Shown: positions 1 through 9,105, counted from the stretch's first letter. The stretch: 64,000 nt of DNA from a virus (IMGVR_UViG_3300044656_000252:1-64000), one strand, 5' to 3'. Numbers and translations are program-made. Notes: generated by a model not told the origin, from the sequence alone.

Positions 1-169
1 GTCATGAACGTCGAGTTCTAGCCATACCCGCAGGTCAAGACGGTTTCATGGGTTTGGGTAAGGTCGAGCAGCCATGATCCACAGTGTGGCCCCGCGTGAC
101 TCCGGATCGATCAGCAACCGGACGGCCTCATAAACGTGGGTAATCTGCGGTGCCGATCATGGTCGGAAC

Positions 170-520
170 TTGCCGGCGGGGGCTCACTGCCGCCACTCTG
201 TCCGCGTGGACGAGGGCTGGTTCGTGAACCTCCCCTTCGCCTGCAACGTGATCATCGAATGCCAGCACCACCTCACCCCACGAGGAGCGGGGCGCCGCGC
301 CTACGTGCCGACGGCGCTGTGCGGAGTGCGACGCCGTGCGTGGGTGCCGGTATCCCGCAATCCAGACCTCGACCGGATCCCGCGCTGCCGCCGCTGCGGC
401 GAGCTGGCCAAGGCGCAGGCGGCGGAGTCGAGCACAGATCAGCGCGAACAGCCCGCACCGACTCCGCCGCCGGAGCATCGTAGTCCGCGGTGCCCCCGCT
501 ATCAGCGGGTGGTGATCTAG
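170..520 (+). CDS. Hypothetical Cys/His-rich protein (H...LCG...CxxC)
   Basis: ORF track; plausible composition; start uncertain. Confidence 0.4.
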   Translation: MPAGAHCRHSVRVDEGWFVNLPFACNVIIECQHHLTPRGAGRRAYVPTALCGVRRRAWVPVSRNPDLDRIPRCRRCGELAKAQAAESSTDQREQPAPTPPPEHRSPRCPRYQRVVI

Positions 521-879
521 GCGGTCGCGTCCACGAGCAGGCCGTCCCGGACTGCCGCCCACGCGCGCATCTCGGCCACGGTCTCCGGATGCAGCCAGCA
601 CCGCAGCTCGGTGACCGCCCGGCCATGGCGGATCGCGTCGGCAACGTCCTGCTCGGCGTGCTCGAGCATGCTCAGTCGCACGTTCTCGGTCGAGTCGTAC
701 AGCTCGACGATCGCACGGCCGGTGCGGGTGGTGGAGAGCAGGCCGACGGCGGCGAGGACACGTCCGTCGGCCTGCGGCTCGGCGGTCACGACCGGGTGGT
801 CCGTGAGAACGACGGCGATGCCGGCAGCGTGCAGCGCGTCGATGGCGTTGTCGATCTCGCGCTGGACGTTGCTGCTCAT
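517..879 (-). CDS. Hypothetical protein
   Basis: ATG at 879 with GGAGG upstream; protein-like sequence. Confidence 0.6.
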   Translation of the reverse strand: MSSNVQREIDNAIDALHAAGIAVVLTDHPVVTAEPQADGRVLAAVGLLSTTRTGRAIVELYDSTENVRLSMLEHAEQDVADAIRHGRAVTELRCWLHPETVAEMRAWAAVRDGLLVDATA

Positions 880-1042
880 CGCGGCCTCCGGGGTCGGTGA
901 CACCATAACCGTATAGCGATTCGCGAACAGTGGCAATGCTGTGACCGGGTGAGCGCGACCTGTAGCTGTACCGCCTTTCGGTTACAGTTGCAATCACGGG
1001 CGGTGCGGACCACACCCCCCGCGACCAGAGGAGCCCCACACC

Positions 1043-1600
1043 GTGACCAGCACAGATACGTGGGTCAGCGTCTCGACGCCCTACGTCAAACCACGCCAAC
1101 CCGGCCAGCCCGATGCCTGGGCGCAAGAGGCCGCCGAGCACGGCCATACCGGCACCCATCGACTGCGCGAAGTCGCCGAGGTGCAGCCGCCGGCACAGGT
1201 CGCCGCTGCCCTCCAGCAATCGCCGCATGAACCCGCCGTCGTCCGCCGCCGGGTGGTACTCCTCGACGGCCAGCCGGTCGAGCTCGCCGACTCCTACTAC
1301 CCGGCGGCGATCGCCCGCGGCACCCGACTTGCCGAGCAGCGGAAGATCCCCGGCGGCGCGCCCACCCTGCTGGCCAGCCTCGGCCACGATTTTCGGCCGC
1401 CGTGCGAGGACATCGCAGCCCGGTTCGCCACGGCCGCCGAGCGGGAGCTACTGAACCTCACCGAACCGACGCCCGTGCTCGAGCTCACCCGGACCATCAC
1501 CAACCAGGATGGCGTCCCGGTCGAAGTCAGCGTGATGACCATGCTCCCGGGCCGTCGCCTCCGGTACCAGCTCGGAGGCGACGATGCCGCGACCGCGTGA
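1043..1600 (+). CDS. Stand-alone UTRA-domain protein (HutC/GntR effector domain, no HTH)
   Basis: VVRRRVVLLDGQPVELADSYYP...VLELTR...PVEVS pattern typical of UTRA; SD GAGGAG. Confidence 0.8.
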   Translation: MTSTDTWVSVSTPYVKPRQPGQPDAWAQEAAEHGHTGTHRLREVAEVQPPAQVAAALQQSPHEPAVVRRRVVLLDGQPVELADSYYPAAIARGTRLAEQRKIPGGAPTLLASLGHDFRPPCEDIAARFATAAERELLNLTEPTPVLELTRTITNQDGVPVEVSVMTMLPGRRLRYQLGGDDAATA

Positions 1601-2312
1601 CACCCGGCCCCTGCACCAGCAGGTCGCGGCCGACCTCCGCGCCAAGATCATGGCCGGTGATCTCGCGCCGGGGGACCAACTGCCGTCCACCACCCAGCTC
1701 GTCGACCGCTACGGCGCCGCCAACCCCACCATCCAGAAGGTGACCACCGCCCTGCGCGAGGAGGGCTACCTGCACAGCAGGCCCGGCGCCGGCGTGTACG
1801 TGCGGGACCGGCGCCCGTTCGTGGTCGACATCGCCGCCTACTTCGAACCGATGCCGAATGGCTACGCCTACCAGCTGCTCGACGTCGCTGAGACGCGTCC
1901 GCCGGCGGACGCCGCGCAAGCGCTCGGCCTCGGCGAGGACGGCACGGCGATCCTCCGTCACCGGCTGCTGTTACACGACGGTGAGCCGGTCGAGATCAGC
2001 TGGTCGTACTACCCGCTCGAGCTGGCCGCCGGCACCCCGCTGGCCCGGCGGCTCCGGATCCGCGGCGGCGCACCCCGCGTGCTGGCCGACCAGGGATGGC
2101 CGCAGCAGCGGTTGACCGACCGCATCTCCGCGCGCCAGCCGACGACCGCGGAGCTGGAGACCCTCGACCTGCCCTCTGATGTACCGGTGATCCGGCAGTT
2201 GCGGACGATCTACTCGGGGGAGCGGCCGGTCGAGGCCAGCGTGCTTGTGAAAGGCGCGCACCTGTACGAACTCCAGTACTGGCAGGAGATCCCCAACGAA
2301 TCTGCGTCATGA
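1584..2312 (+). CDS. GntR (HutC subfamily) regulator, wHTH + UTRA; KorSA/TraR-like
   Basis: QQVAADLRAKIMAGDLAPGDQLPS...LREEGYL...PGAGVYV N-terminal GntR HTH; C-terminal UTRA. Confidence 0.92.
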   Translation: MPRPRDTRPLHQQVAADLRAKIMAGDLAPGDQLPSTTQLVDRYGAANPTIQKVTTALREEGYLHSRPGAGVYVRDRRPFVVDIAAYFEPMPNGYAYQLLDVAETRPPADAAQALGLGEDGTAILRHRLLLHDGEPVEISWSYYPLELAAGTPLARRLRIRGGAPRVLADQGWPQQRLTDRISARQPTTAELETLDLPSDVPVIRQLRTIYSGERPVEASVLVKGAHLYELQYWQEIPNESAS

Positions 2313-2315
2313 CGC

Positions 2316-2341
2316 GAAGGCCCCGCTTCGGTGGGGCCTTC
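2316..2341. terminator. Stem-loop between convergent genes (probable bidirectional terminator)
   Basis: GAAGGCCCCGC-TTCG-GTGGGGCCTTC. Confidence 0.75.
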
Positions 2342-2347
2342 CGCTCA

Positions 2348-3058
2348 TCAGGCCGCGTCGCCCTGGGTGGTGCGGCCGCTCGTGTTGCCGCCGTGCAGGT
2401 GCCACCGCCAGGTCCGCTCGGGCAGGTGCACGATCCGCGCGCCAGCGTCGATGAGGGCGAGCCACGCTCCCCAGTCCTCGCAGGTGGCCCGCTCGCTGCC
2501 GTCGTGGAGGTTGACGAACCCGCCGACCGAGCGCAGGAGCTCGGTCCGGACCAGCACGGTGACGGGCACGTAGTTCGCTGACCGGATGGCCACCGGGTCG
2601 AAGTCGCGGCCGAACCAGCCGAGCGGGTCGGACCAGCCCGGCGTCTCGAACCACGGGTACACCATGTCCGCGCCGGTCTCGACCGCGCACGCCGCAAGCC
2701 GCTCGAGGTGGTGCGGCAGGAACTCGTCGTCGCTGTCGAGGAACGCCACCCACTCCGAGCGCACCGCGGCGAGCCCGCGGTTCCGTGTCGCCGCCGCGCC
2801 CTCGCGCCGCCGATCGACCGGGATATGCAGCTCGGCCGCCGGCAGGGTCTGCGCCCACACCGAGGCGACCGCCCGGTCGAGCAGGCCGGCGCGGATCCGC
2901 GCGGGATGGACCGGGATGACCACGCCGATGTCGAGGCTCACGAGCGCTTCCTCCACTTCGAACCACCAGTAAGCCAGCAGGCCGACGCCAACAGCGACAG
3001 CGACGACAACGGGCGGCACGATTGCGCCACAGACGGTGCCAACCTCGCAGCCGGTCAC
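2348..3058 (-). CDS. Glycosyltransferase family 2 (alternative start GTG 2941; the longer form has an N-terminal TM helix)
   Basis: VVIP, GAAATRNRGL, VAFLDSDD (DxD), CEDW motifs. Confidence 0.9.
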   Translation of the reverse strand: MTGCEVGTVCGAIVPPVVVAVAVGVGLLAYWWFEVEEALVSLDIGVVIPVHPARIRAGLLDRAVASVWAQTLPAAELHIPVDRRREGAAATRNRGLAAVRSEWVAFLDSDDEFLPHHLERLAACAVETGADMVYPWFETPGWSDPLGWFGRDFDPVAIRSANYVPVTVLVRTELLRSVGGFVNLHDGSERATCEDWGAWLALIDAGARIVHLPERTWRWHLHGGNTSGRTTQGDAA

Positions 3059-3447
3059 GACGGCTTCACCACCATCGCGAGGTATAGGTGGTCGATGCCC
3101 TCGACCGCGCGGATTCGGATGCCGTACAGCTGGTGGCCCTCCTGGCCCGGCTCAACCCACCCGTACTCGGCCGGGACAATCCACTCCAGCTCGTCGTCGC
3201 GGATCATGGCCGAGTGCAGCCGATCCCGCACCATAAGCCCGGCCATTACCTCCGGCATCCGCACCTCGACCGCGAGGTGCGCGCGAAGCGCCTTCTTGGC
3301 GGCCTCGTCGAGCTCCTCCTGGAACGGCGACGGGCTCGCGTACGCCGGGTTGTTGGCGCGCAGCCGCGTGGCTTCAGCGCGCACCTCGGCGAGCGGAGCG
3401 CCGGACGCGGCGGCCATGTCCGGTGGCTCCGCGCCGGGCCAGGTCAC
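3055..3447 (-). CDS. Hypothetical protein
   Basis: GTGA-overlap coupling with neighbours. Confidence 0.6.
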   Translation of the reverse strand: MTWPGAEPPDMAAASGAPLAEVRAEATRLRANNPAYASPSPFQEELDEAAKKALRAHLAVEVRMPEVMAGLMVRDRLHSAMIRDDELEWIVPAEYGWVEPGQEGHQLYGIRIRAVEGIDHLYLAMVVKPS

Positions 3448-4181
3448 TTCGTCCTCGTCGGGTCGAAGGTGCGCTCCTTCGCTGGGTCCTCGTCTCCGAA
3501 CGTCCGCTCCCGCCACCACCAGAACTTCGGGCTGAGGATCGAGTCCTTGATCTCCAACCGCTCGGCTGGGTCGTCGAGACTGTCCTCGGGCTTGTCGGTG
3601 TCGTAGACCGCCGGCGGGAACCGGTCGACGCCAACCGGTTTGATCATTACGCAACCCTGGTCCAGCACCGTCACCGCGCTGATGTAGGCCGGCGTCCGGT
3701 CGTAGTAGACGCGCCGCCCCAGCAGTTGGTCGGCCGCTGACACCGATGACGTCCAGTCGATCGCGTCGTGCCGCAGCAACTCGTCGACGACTTGTGGGAT
3801 GCGTCGGAGTGCCGCCAGTGGATCGGAGGCGATCTGCCCTTCCCAGCACTGCTGCCGGGCCAGGGACACAGTCCATTCGCCGCCCGCTCGGATCTCGTCG
3901 CGGCCCTTCCAGTCGTTGACGTCCCGCCGGTTCTCGGTGTGGAACGCGACATCGACCTGGACGCGGTGCCCGTTGAACCATGCCCAGTGGCTGCCATCGC
4001 CGGACACGTCGGCCCACCACCAGAGCTCTGGTCGGCGGTTCAGCTCGTCGGCGTCAGCCAGGACGACCGAGCCCCGGTGGTCGCGGCCGAACTCGGCGAT
4101 GCTGGGCCGTCGGGGCACGGAGAGCCCGGTCGGCACGTAGTTGTTGCAGCGGTCGCGGTACTGCGGCTCAGGCGAGGGCAC
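3444..4181 (-). CDS. Hypothetical Trp-rich phage protein
   Basis: Coupled ORF in operon; start uncertain. Confidence 0.65.
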   Translation of the reverse strand: MPSPEPQYRDRCNNYVPTGLSVPRRPSIAEFGRDHRGSVVLADADELNRRPELWWWADVSGDGSHWAWFNGHRVQVDVAFHTENRRDVNDWKGRDEIRAGGEWTVSLARQQCWEGQIASDPLAALRRIPQVVDELLRHDAIDWTSSVSAADQLLGRRVYYDRTPAYISAVTVLDQGCVMIKPVGVDRFPPAVYDTDKPEDSLDDPAERLEIKDSILSPKFWWWRERTFGDEDPAKERTFDPTRTK

Positions 4182-5121
4182 GACGGATCCCTTCCTCCAG
4201 CGTGACTTTGGGCGTGTAGAACGACAGCAGCTTGGTCGGGTCGCCGACCCGGTAATGCACCCCGGACGGCTTGCTCGGCAGGTGCCGAAACGCGGGGGAG
4301 TAGCCCGCCTCGGCACACACCAGCTTGGCCAGCTCGTTGAACGACGTCGCCCGGCCGGTGCACAGGTTCACGGGCCCGGCCACCTCCTGCTCGACAGCGG
4401 CCAGCGTCGCGCCGACCACGTCGTCGATGTGGATCCAGTCCCTGGTTTGCTCGCCGTCGCCCCAGATCTCGAACGGGTCCGCCTTCCGCTTGGCCCGGTC
4501 GATGAAGCTGGGGAACGGGTAGTCCGCGCTCTGGTCCTCGCCGTAGCCGGAGAACGGCCGCACGATCGTCACCCGCGTGTCCTCGGCGTACTGCGCCAGG
4601 AACTCTCCGGCCAGCTTCGCGAACCCGTACGTCTGGTCCGGCCGCTGCATCACGTTCAGGCTGATGTCCGACTCGCTGAGCCGGCTACCGAGGGTCAATC
4701 GCCTGACCCTATCCCGCGAGGTGGCACCGTACCGGTCGTGGTACTCGCTGTCCTGCAACACCGTGGGGTAGGCGGCGCTGCTGGAAAAGTACACGGCCCG
4801 CGGCGTGCCCGTGCGGGCCAGCCACCGGAAATACCAGCAGTCCAACGCCAGGTTCGTCGCCACCGACAGCGGTGTCCCGTCGATCGACGCTCGGCCGCCG
4901 ATCACCGCCGCACAGTGGATCGCGAGGTCGTACCGAGTCGTGTTGGTGCGGAAGAAGTCCAGGGCATCCCGTCTTTCCTCCGTCGCGATGTCGGCCAGCT
5001 CGGGCTGGTGGTTGCGGTAGCCCAGCAGGTCGATGCCCGTCAGCGAGTGCCCTCGGTCGGCGAGGGCGCGCCAGAGATGCCTGCCGACGAAGCCACGGTG
5101 GCCGGTGATGAGGATCTTCAC
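4168..5121 (-). CDS. NAD-dependent nucleotide-sugar epimerase/dehydratase (extended SDR)
   Basis: ILITGHRGFVG Rossmann motif, YFSSSAAY, YGFAK (YxxxK), WGDGEQTRDWIHIDD. Confidence 0.93.
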   Translation of the reverse strand: MKILITGHRGFVGRHLWRALADRGHSLTGIDLLGYRNHQPELADIATEERRDALDFFRTNTTRYDLAIHCAAVIGGRASIDGTPLSVATNLALDCWYFRWLARTGTPRAVYFSSSAAYPTVLQDSEYHDRYGATSRDRVRRLTLGSRLSESDISLNVMQRPDQTYGFAKLAGEFLAQYAEDTRVTIVRPFSGYGEDQSADYPFPSFIDRAKRKADPFEIWGDGEQTRDWIHIDDVVGATLAAVEQEVAGPVNLCTGRATSFNELAKLVCAEAGYSPAFRHLPSKPSGVHYRVGDPTKLLSFYTPKVTLEEGIRRALA

Positions 5122-5255
5122 GACTGCTTCCTTCCGCACACCGCCGCGACCACCGTGGTCACTAGCAGCGCGCCGACCCCGGTGACGGCCCACCGCCACT
5201 CACCCAGCCCGCCGAGCGCGACCAGCGGGTGCAGCGGCCTCGTCTCCCGGCTCAC
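5118..5255 (-). CDS. Small membrane protein (45 aa, MSRETRPLHPLVALGG...)
   Basis: Read by eye; GTGA overlaps at both ends; hydrophobic segment. Confidence 0.5.
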   Translation of the reverse strand: MSRETRPLHPLVALGGLGEWRWAVTGVGALLVTTVVAAVCGRKQS

Positions 5256-5581
5256 TCCGACACCTCCGTCGTGATCTCCACCCGCAGGCACCCGTCATCG
5301 TCGGTCGTGATCTGGATGCTCCGGCGCTCGTCCGCGCGACGCTCCGAATCGGACAGTTCGAGGACGTTCGAGCCGGTGCGCCGGATCAGCGCCGCCACGA
5401 TGTCGCTGAGCACGTCCACGAAACCGGTCGGCGCGACGATGTGGCCGCGCTCGCGCAGCCAGTCCAGGAACCAGGCCGGTTCGGGCACGCCAAGCACGCC
5501 GTGGGCGCGGTGGTTGTATTCGGCCAGCGTGTCGTACACGGCCTGCTCGACGGCGGTCCGCTCGGGCTGCTGCTCGCTCAT
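5252..5581 (-). CDS. Hypothetical protein
   Basis: ATGA coupling, SD GGAGG. Confidence 0.6.
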   Translation of the reverse strand: MSEQQPERTAVEQAVYDTLAEYNHRAHGVLGVPEPAWFLDWLRERGHIVAPTGFVDVLSDIVAALIRRTGSNVLELSDSERRADERRSIQITTDDDGCLRVEITTEVSE

Positions 5582-5736
5582 CGGTCCTCCCATACGTGCC
5601 GCCGTCGCGTCCGCCCGTCGCCGCGGAGCACGGCGACCGCGAACCACAGCCACCACACCCGGAAGCGTGTGACGTTCGATCGGTAGATCCCCGGCCGGGC
5701 CTGGAACGGCCGCGACACCTCGAACTCGACGATCAC
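5578..5736 (-). CDS. Small hypothetical protein
   Basis: Coupled overlaps on both sides. Confidence 0.45.
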   Translation of the reverse strand: MIVEFEVSRPFQARPGIYRSNVTRFRVWWLWFAVAVLRGDGRTRRRHVWEDR

Positions 5737-6335
5737 GGTGCCACCGCCTGAATCACCTGGAACATCGACGTCGTTTCGTGCCGGACCACCTCGAACCCGG
5801 CGTGCTCGACCAGCGCCCGATAGCCGGGCATGTCCCACGCCCACGTGTGGAACTCGTAGTGCGACTGGCCGGTCTCCGTGAACGGCGAGCTGGCCACGAT
5901 CACCCTCGCGTGCGACCGCACCCAGGCCAGGAACTCGTGAGGCGTGACGAGGTGCTCCAGGAACTCAGTGCACACCGCCAACTCGCCCCACTCGACCTGC
6001 CCGTGCACGGCGTCCCCGTACCGGACGTCGACACCGCGCTCCAGCACGGCCGGGTTCACGTTGGAGCGCTGGAGGTCGTAGCCCCACATCGGCACGTCGT
6101 GCTCGAACGAGTACGGCTGGAGCAGCGAAAGGAGACCGCCGTCGCCGCACCCGAGGTCCACAACGGACCGCACCCCGTACTGGTCGATCGCGTCCCGCAC
6201 CATGTCGGCGGCGAGCACGAGCCGGCCGCGGTGCGCCTCCTGGTCGACGTGCGGCGCCCGCTCGCGACCCTCGTACCAGGCCGACGTCGTGCACTCCGGC
6301 ACGGTGCCCGGCTCGAACAGCTGCCACTCGGTCAT
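5733..6335 (-). CDS. Class I SAM-dependent methyltransferase
   Basis: VVDLGCGDG motif I; CTEFLEHL post-II motif. Confidence 0.9.
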   Translation of the reverse strand: MTEWQLFEPGTVPECTTSAWYEGRERAPHVDQEAHRGRLVLAADMVRDAIDQYGVRSVVDLGCGDGGLLSLLQPYSFEHDVPMWGYDLQRSNVNPAVLERGVDVRYGDAVHGQVEWGELAVCTEFLEHLVTPHEFLAWVRSHARVIVASSPFTETGQSHYEFHTWAWDMPGYRALVEHAGFEVVRHETTSMFQVIQAVAP

Positions 6336-7021
6336 CGGATCAGCTCCCGGAGACACGCCACGTCCGCGTCCGCCTGAAGCTGGAGCCAGTCCTCGTACCG
6401 ATGCCGGTCCTCGTCGAACTGCTGCTGCGAGTTCGTCTCGCGGTACGAGTCGTCCAGCTCCGCCTTGCCGGCCGACGGGTGCAGGTGCTCGATCACCACG
6501 TCCGGCAGGTACCGCAGCCGTCCGATCCGCTCGCCGAGCACCTTCCACGCGTTGTCCACGTACAGGTGCACCAGACCTCCCGGCACCATGTAGCCCAACG
6601 CCCGCACGATGTCCGAGGTCATCGCGATCTGCGTCGGCAGGTTCTGCCGCTGGAACAGGTCGTCCCCGTACACCAGGCCGGTGCCCATCTCGTCGAGCAC
6701 GTCGACCATGCGCCGGTCCCAGCCGGCGGTGCGCGGCCGGTGGTCGTCACCGAGGAAGCCGACCATGCGGTAGCTGCGGCCATAGTTCAGCGCCACCTCG
6801 TTCAGCGTGCCGCCAAGCCGCAACCGATCGGTCATCAGCACCCATTGCGTGAACTCGGGTGCGCCGATCTCGCCGTACCCGGGTCGCTGCGGATCGTCGG
6901 CGTCGAGCGCAACCACGATGTCGGCCGCGCCCGTGGCGGTCTCGGCCCACGCCTTCAGCAGCTCGCGCACGTTCTCTGGCCTGCCACGGCTCGGCACGAT
7001 CATCAACAGGTCAGCTGCCAC
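6332..7021 (-). CDS. Glycosyltransferase family 2
   Basis: IVPSRGRP, VGFLGDDH, HLYVD, VIEHLHP motifs typical of phage GT-A enzymes. Confidence 0.85.
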   Translation of the reverse strand: MAADLLMIVPSRGRPENVRELLKAWAETATGAADIVVALDADDPQRPGYGEIGAPEFTQWVLMTDRLRLGGTLNEVALNYGRSYRMVGFLGDDHRPRTAGWDRRMVDVLDEMGTGLVYGDDLFQRQNLPTQIAMTSDIVRALGYMVPGGLVHLYVDNAWKVLGERIGRLRYLPDVVIEHLHPSAGKAELDDSYRETNSQQQFDEDRHRYEDWLQLQADADVACLRELIR

Positions 7022-7352
7022 TGTCGGACTCCTTCTTGCCTTCGATCTCGTCGGCGACCTGCCGCAGCAATGCGACAACGTCCGAACCATCCCCGCGCCC
7101 GAGCACCATCGGCGCGCCGACACCGACGGACACTGCCACCGTCGCCAGCAGCTCCTGCCGGACACACCGAAGCTCAACCGTGTCCCGGTCGGGATGCGTC
7201 AACCTCATGAGGTCCCACCGCCGGTCGGCCATCTCCGCCAACTCGGCGCTGCTCAACTCAACCCGGCCACCCAACCTGAGCACGAGCACGCCCACCAGCC
7301 GCATCGCGTCAGTCAGCTCCCGCTCAAGGTCCTGCGCACGCCGCCCGATCAC
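7011..7352 (-). CDS. Hypothetical protein
   Basis: Coupled ORF. Confidence 0.55.
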   Translation of the reverse strand: MIGRRAQDLERELTDAMRLVGVLVLRLGGRVELSSAELAEMADRRWDLMRLTHPDRDTVELRCVRQELLATVAVSVGVGAPMVLGRGDGSDVVALLRQVADEIEGKKESDSGS

Positions 7353-7591
7353 AACTGGTCCTTCGGCACAAACACCTGGACCCTCGCCAGAGCCTTCGCG
7401 GCGGCAGCGAAGGTCCTGCCTAGACGGATGAACGCGGCAGCCGAATCGGGGACCGTCGATGACGGCTGCAGGTTGGCGGCGACGTCGTCGCACGCCTTCG
7501 CCACGTCGCCGAGGATGTCGCCGAGATTGACGATCGTGCCGTCGGGCTGCTCGATTGGTGCTACAACCCACCGCTGCTCGTCGTTGCTCAC
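7349..7591 (-). CDS. Hypothetical protein (MSNDEQRW...)
   Basis: GTG start overlapping the TGA of the +1-frame tail of the upstream gene. Confidence 0.6.
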   Translation of the reverse strand: MSNDEQRWVVAPIEQPDGTIVNLGDILGDVAKACDDVAANLQPSSTVPDSAAAFIRLGRTFAAAAKALARVQVFVPKDQL

Positions 7592-8134
7592 GGCTGCTCC
7601 CCGTGGCCTCGGTGCGGCCGGGCACTCGCGAGCATCACAGCCTGCGCCCACCCGTCCTCCGCGTCGCCGATCAGTTCGCCATCGGGACAGTCCGGCACCA
7701 CCGCGACGTTCGACGTCAGCTTCAGCAGCGACTCGACGTAACGCAGGGCTCGGGACTGTCACCAGGTCAGCGGCCCGGATGCACCGCTCCAGCACCGCGA
7801 TCCGGTCGCCCTCGCACCACCAGTCCACGTCGCCGGCCAGCTCCGCACGCGGGTGCCAGAAGTCGGCATGCACGTCCACGATGGACCGGCACGAGCACGG
7901 CAGGGCGGCAACGTGCTCCAGCCGCTCCGCGATCCCCACCGAGCAGGGCATCAGCACTACGTACAGCCCGCAGCGGTCGGTCTCCAACTGGAGACTCTGG
8001 CTGACCACCACCAGATCCGGGATCAGGCGTCCTTGCTCCTCGAAGACCCGCCGCCCGCGCACCGGGTCGGTGACATCGTTCGCGCCGACGAAGTTGATGC
8101 GCCGCGTCGGCTGCGGCATCCCAGGCGTCGTCAT
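7588..8134 (-). pseudogene. GT-B N-terminal-like protein split by a +1 frameshift at ~7740 (or a recoded gene)
   Basis: 547 nt = 182 codons + 1; removing one T of GCG TTA CGT gives VTVPSPAYVESLLKLTSNVAVVPD, resembling the neighbouring GT4 (VTVTTEPLAEVMREFNRDVRIVPN); ends in a GTGA overlap. Confidence 0.65.
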
Positions 8135-9105
8135 GGCTTCAGCGCCTCCTCCCAAAGCCCAGCGTTCGCCTCGATCGTGTGCTTCGCCGCCAACGCCTTG
8201 GCCGCCGCGCCCATCGACTCCCGCAGTTCCGTGTCTCGCACCAGGTCCCGCACGTACCGCACCCAGTCACCGGGCTTCCGCACCAAGAAGCCCGTCTCGC
8301 CGTGTCGCACGAACGCCGCGTACGGGCCGACGTCGCTGGCCACCACCGGGATCCCCAGCGCCGCATACACCAGCGCGGTGACCCAGCTCTTGGACCGGTT
8401 GAACACGTGGTCCCGCAACGGCAACAGCCCCACGTGAAAGTCGATCGCCATCAGGAACGGGACCACGCCCTGCACCCACGGCGTCCACCGGTACCGATCC
8501 GCCGGCAGGCGCATGAACGGCCCGTAGTCCCCGCCCATCGTGTGCACCTCGAAGCCGCGCTCCTTCCGCAGCAGGCGCCGCAGCTCGTCCTCCATCACGC
8601 TGAGGTCCATGTCGTGCGTCGGCGAACCACCCCACCCGACCGTGACGATGTCGGACCGGCGCGGCGGCTCGTGCTCCAACAGCCACGAGGGGAGCAGGTT
8701 CGGCACGATCCGCACGTCCCGGTTGAACTCGCGCATCACCTCGGCCAGCGGCTCTGTCGTCACCGTCACCCGGGACGCCGCTGCCGCGTTCGCCCGGATG
8801 TTGTCCAGCACGCCCTGCTGCTTGTACCAGCGGTGCGCGACCGCATTCCGGGCGTCCACACGGAACAGATCGTCGTCGATCTCGTACACCAGGTGCCGGC
8901 CCTCGCGCGCCCACTTCTGCCACGTCCCCGTCGGGCCCGGCAGGTGCACCCGCTGTCCCACGATCACGTCCGCCTCCGGCGCGTCCCGGGTCAGAAGTGG
9001 ATGCACCGAAGTCGTGTGCCCGCGCGCAGCCAGCTCGGCCATGGGCAGCTCCATGCGCCAGTAGCCGCAGCCCTGGATGTCCGCCGACCAGCCAAAGATC
9101 CTCAC
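8131..9105 (-). CDS. Glycosyltransferase, GT-B fold (GT4-like)
   Basis: GCGYWRMELP, VYEIDDDL, VGWGGSPTH, FNRSKS..ALGIPVVASDVGPY..VRHGETGFLV. Confidence 0.9.
   Translation of the reverse strand: MRIFGWSADIQGCGYWRMELPMAELAARGHTTSVHPLLTRDAPEADVIVGQRVHLPGPTGTWQKWAREGRHLVYEIDDDLFRVDARNAVAHRWYKQQGVLDNIRANAAAASRVTVTTEPLAEVMREFNRDVRIVPNLLPSWLLEHEPPRRSDIVTVGWGGSPTHDMDLSVMEDELRRLLRKERGFEVHTMGGDYGPFMRLPADRYRWTPWVQGVVPFLMAIDFHVGLLPLRDHVFNRSKSWVTALVYAALGIPVVASDVGPYAAFVRHGETGFLVRKPGDWVRYVRDLVRDTELRESMGAAAKALAAKHTIEANAGLWEEALKP

Noticed and set aside
1-130. attL site or tRNA at the left edge
   Set aside because: A possible gene end (GTCATGAACGTCGAGTTCTAG) is present, but there is no tRNA fold, no integrase and no second copy in the window to define an att core.
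7349-8155. The 268-aa ORF of the track as one ordinary gene
   Set aside because: The middle section is off-frame-like; the +1 frame restores homology and gene coupling (see finding).
2348-9105. Host polysaccharide or secondary-metabolite cluster outside the phage
   Set aside because: Genes are interleaved and translationally coupled with phage-type small ORFs, and no transporter, polymerase or biosynthetic core is present; the phage boundary is nevertheless unproven.
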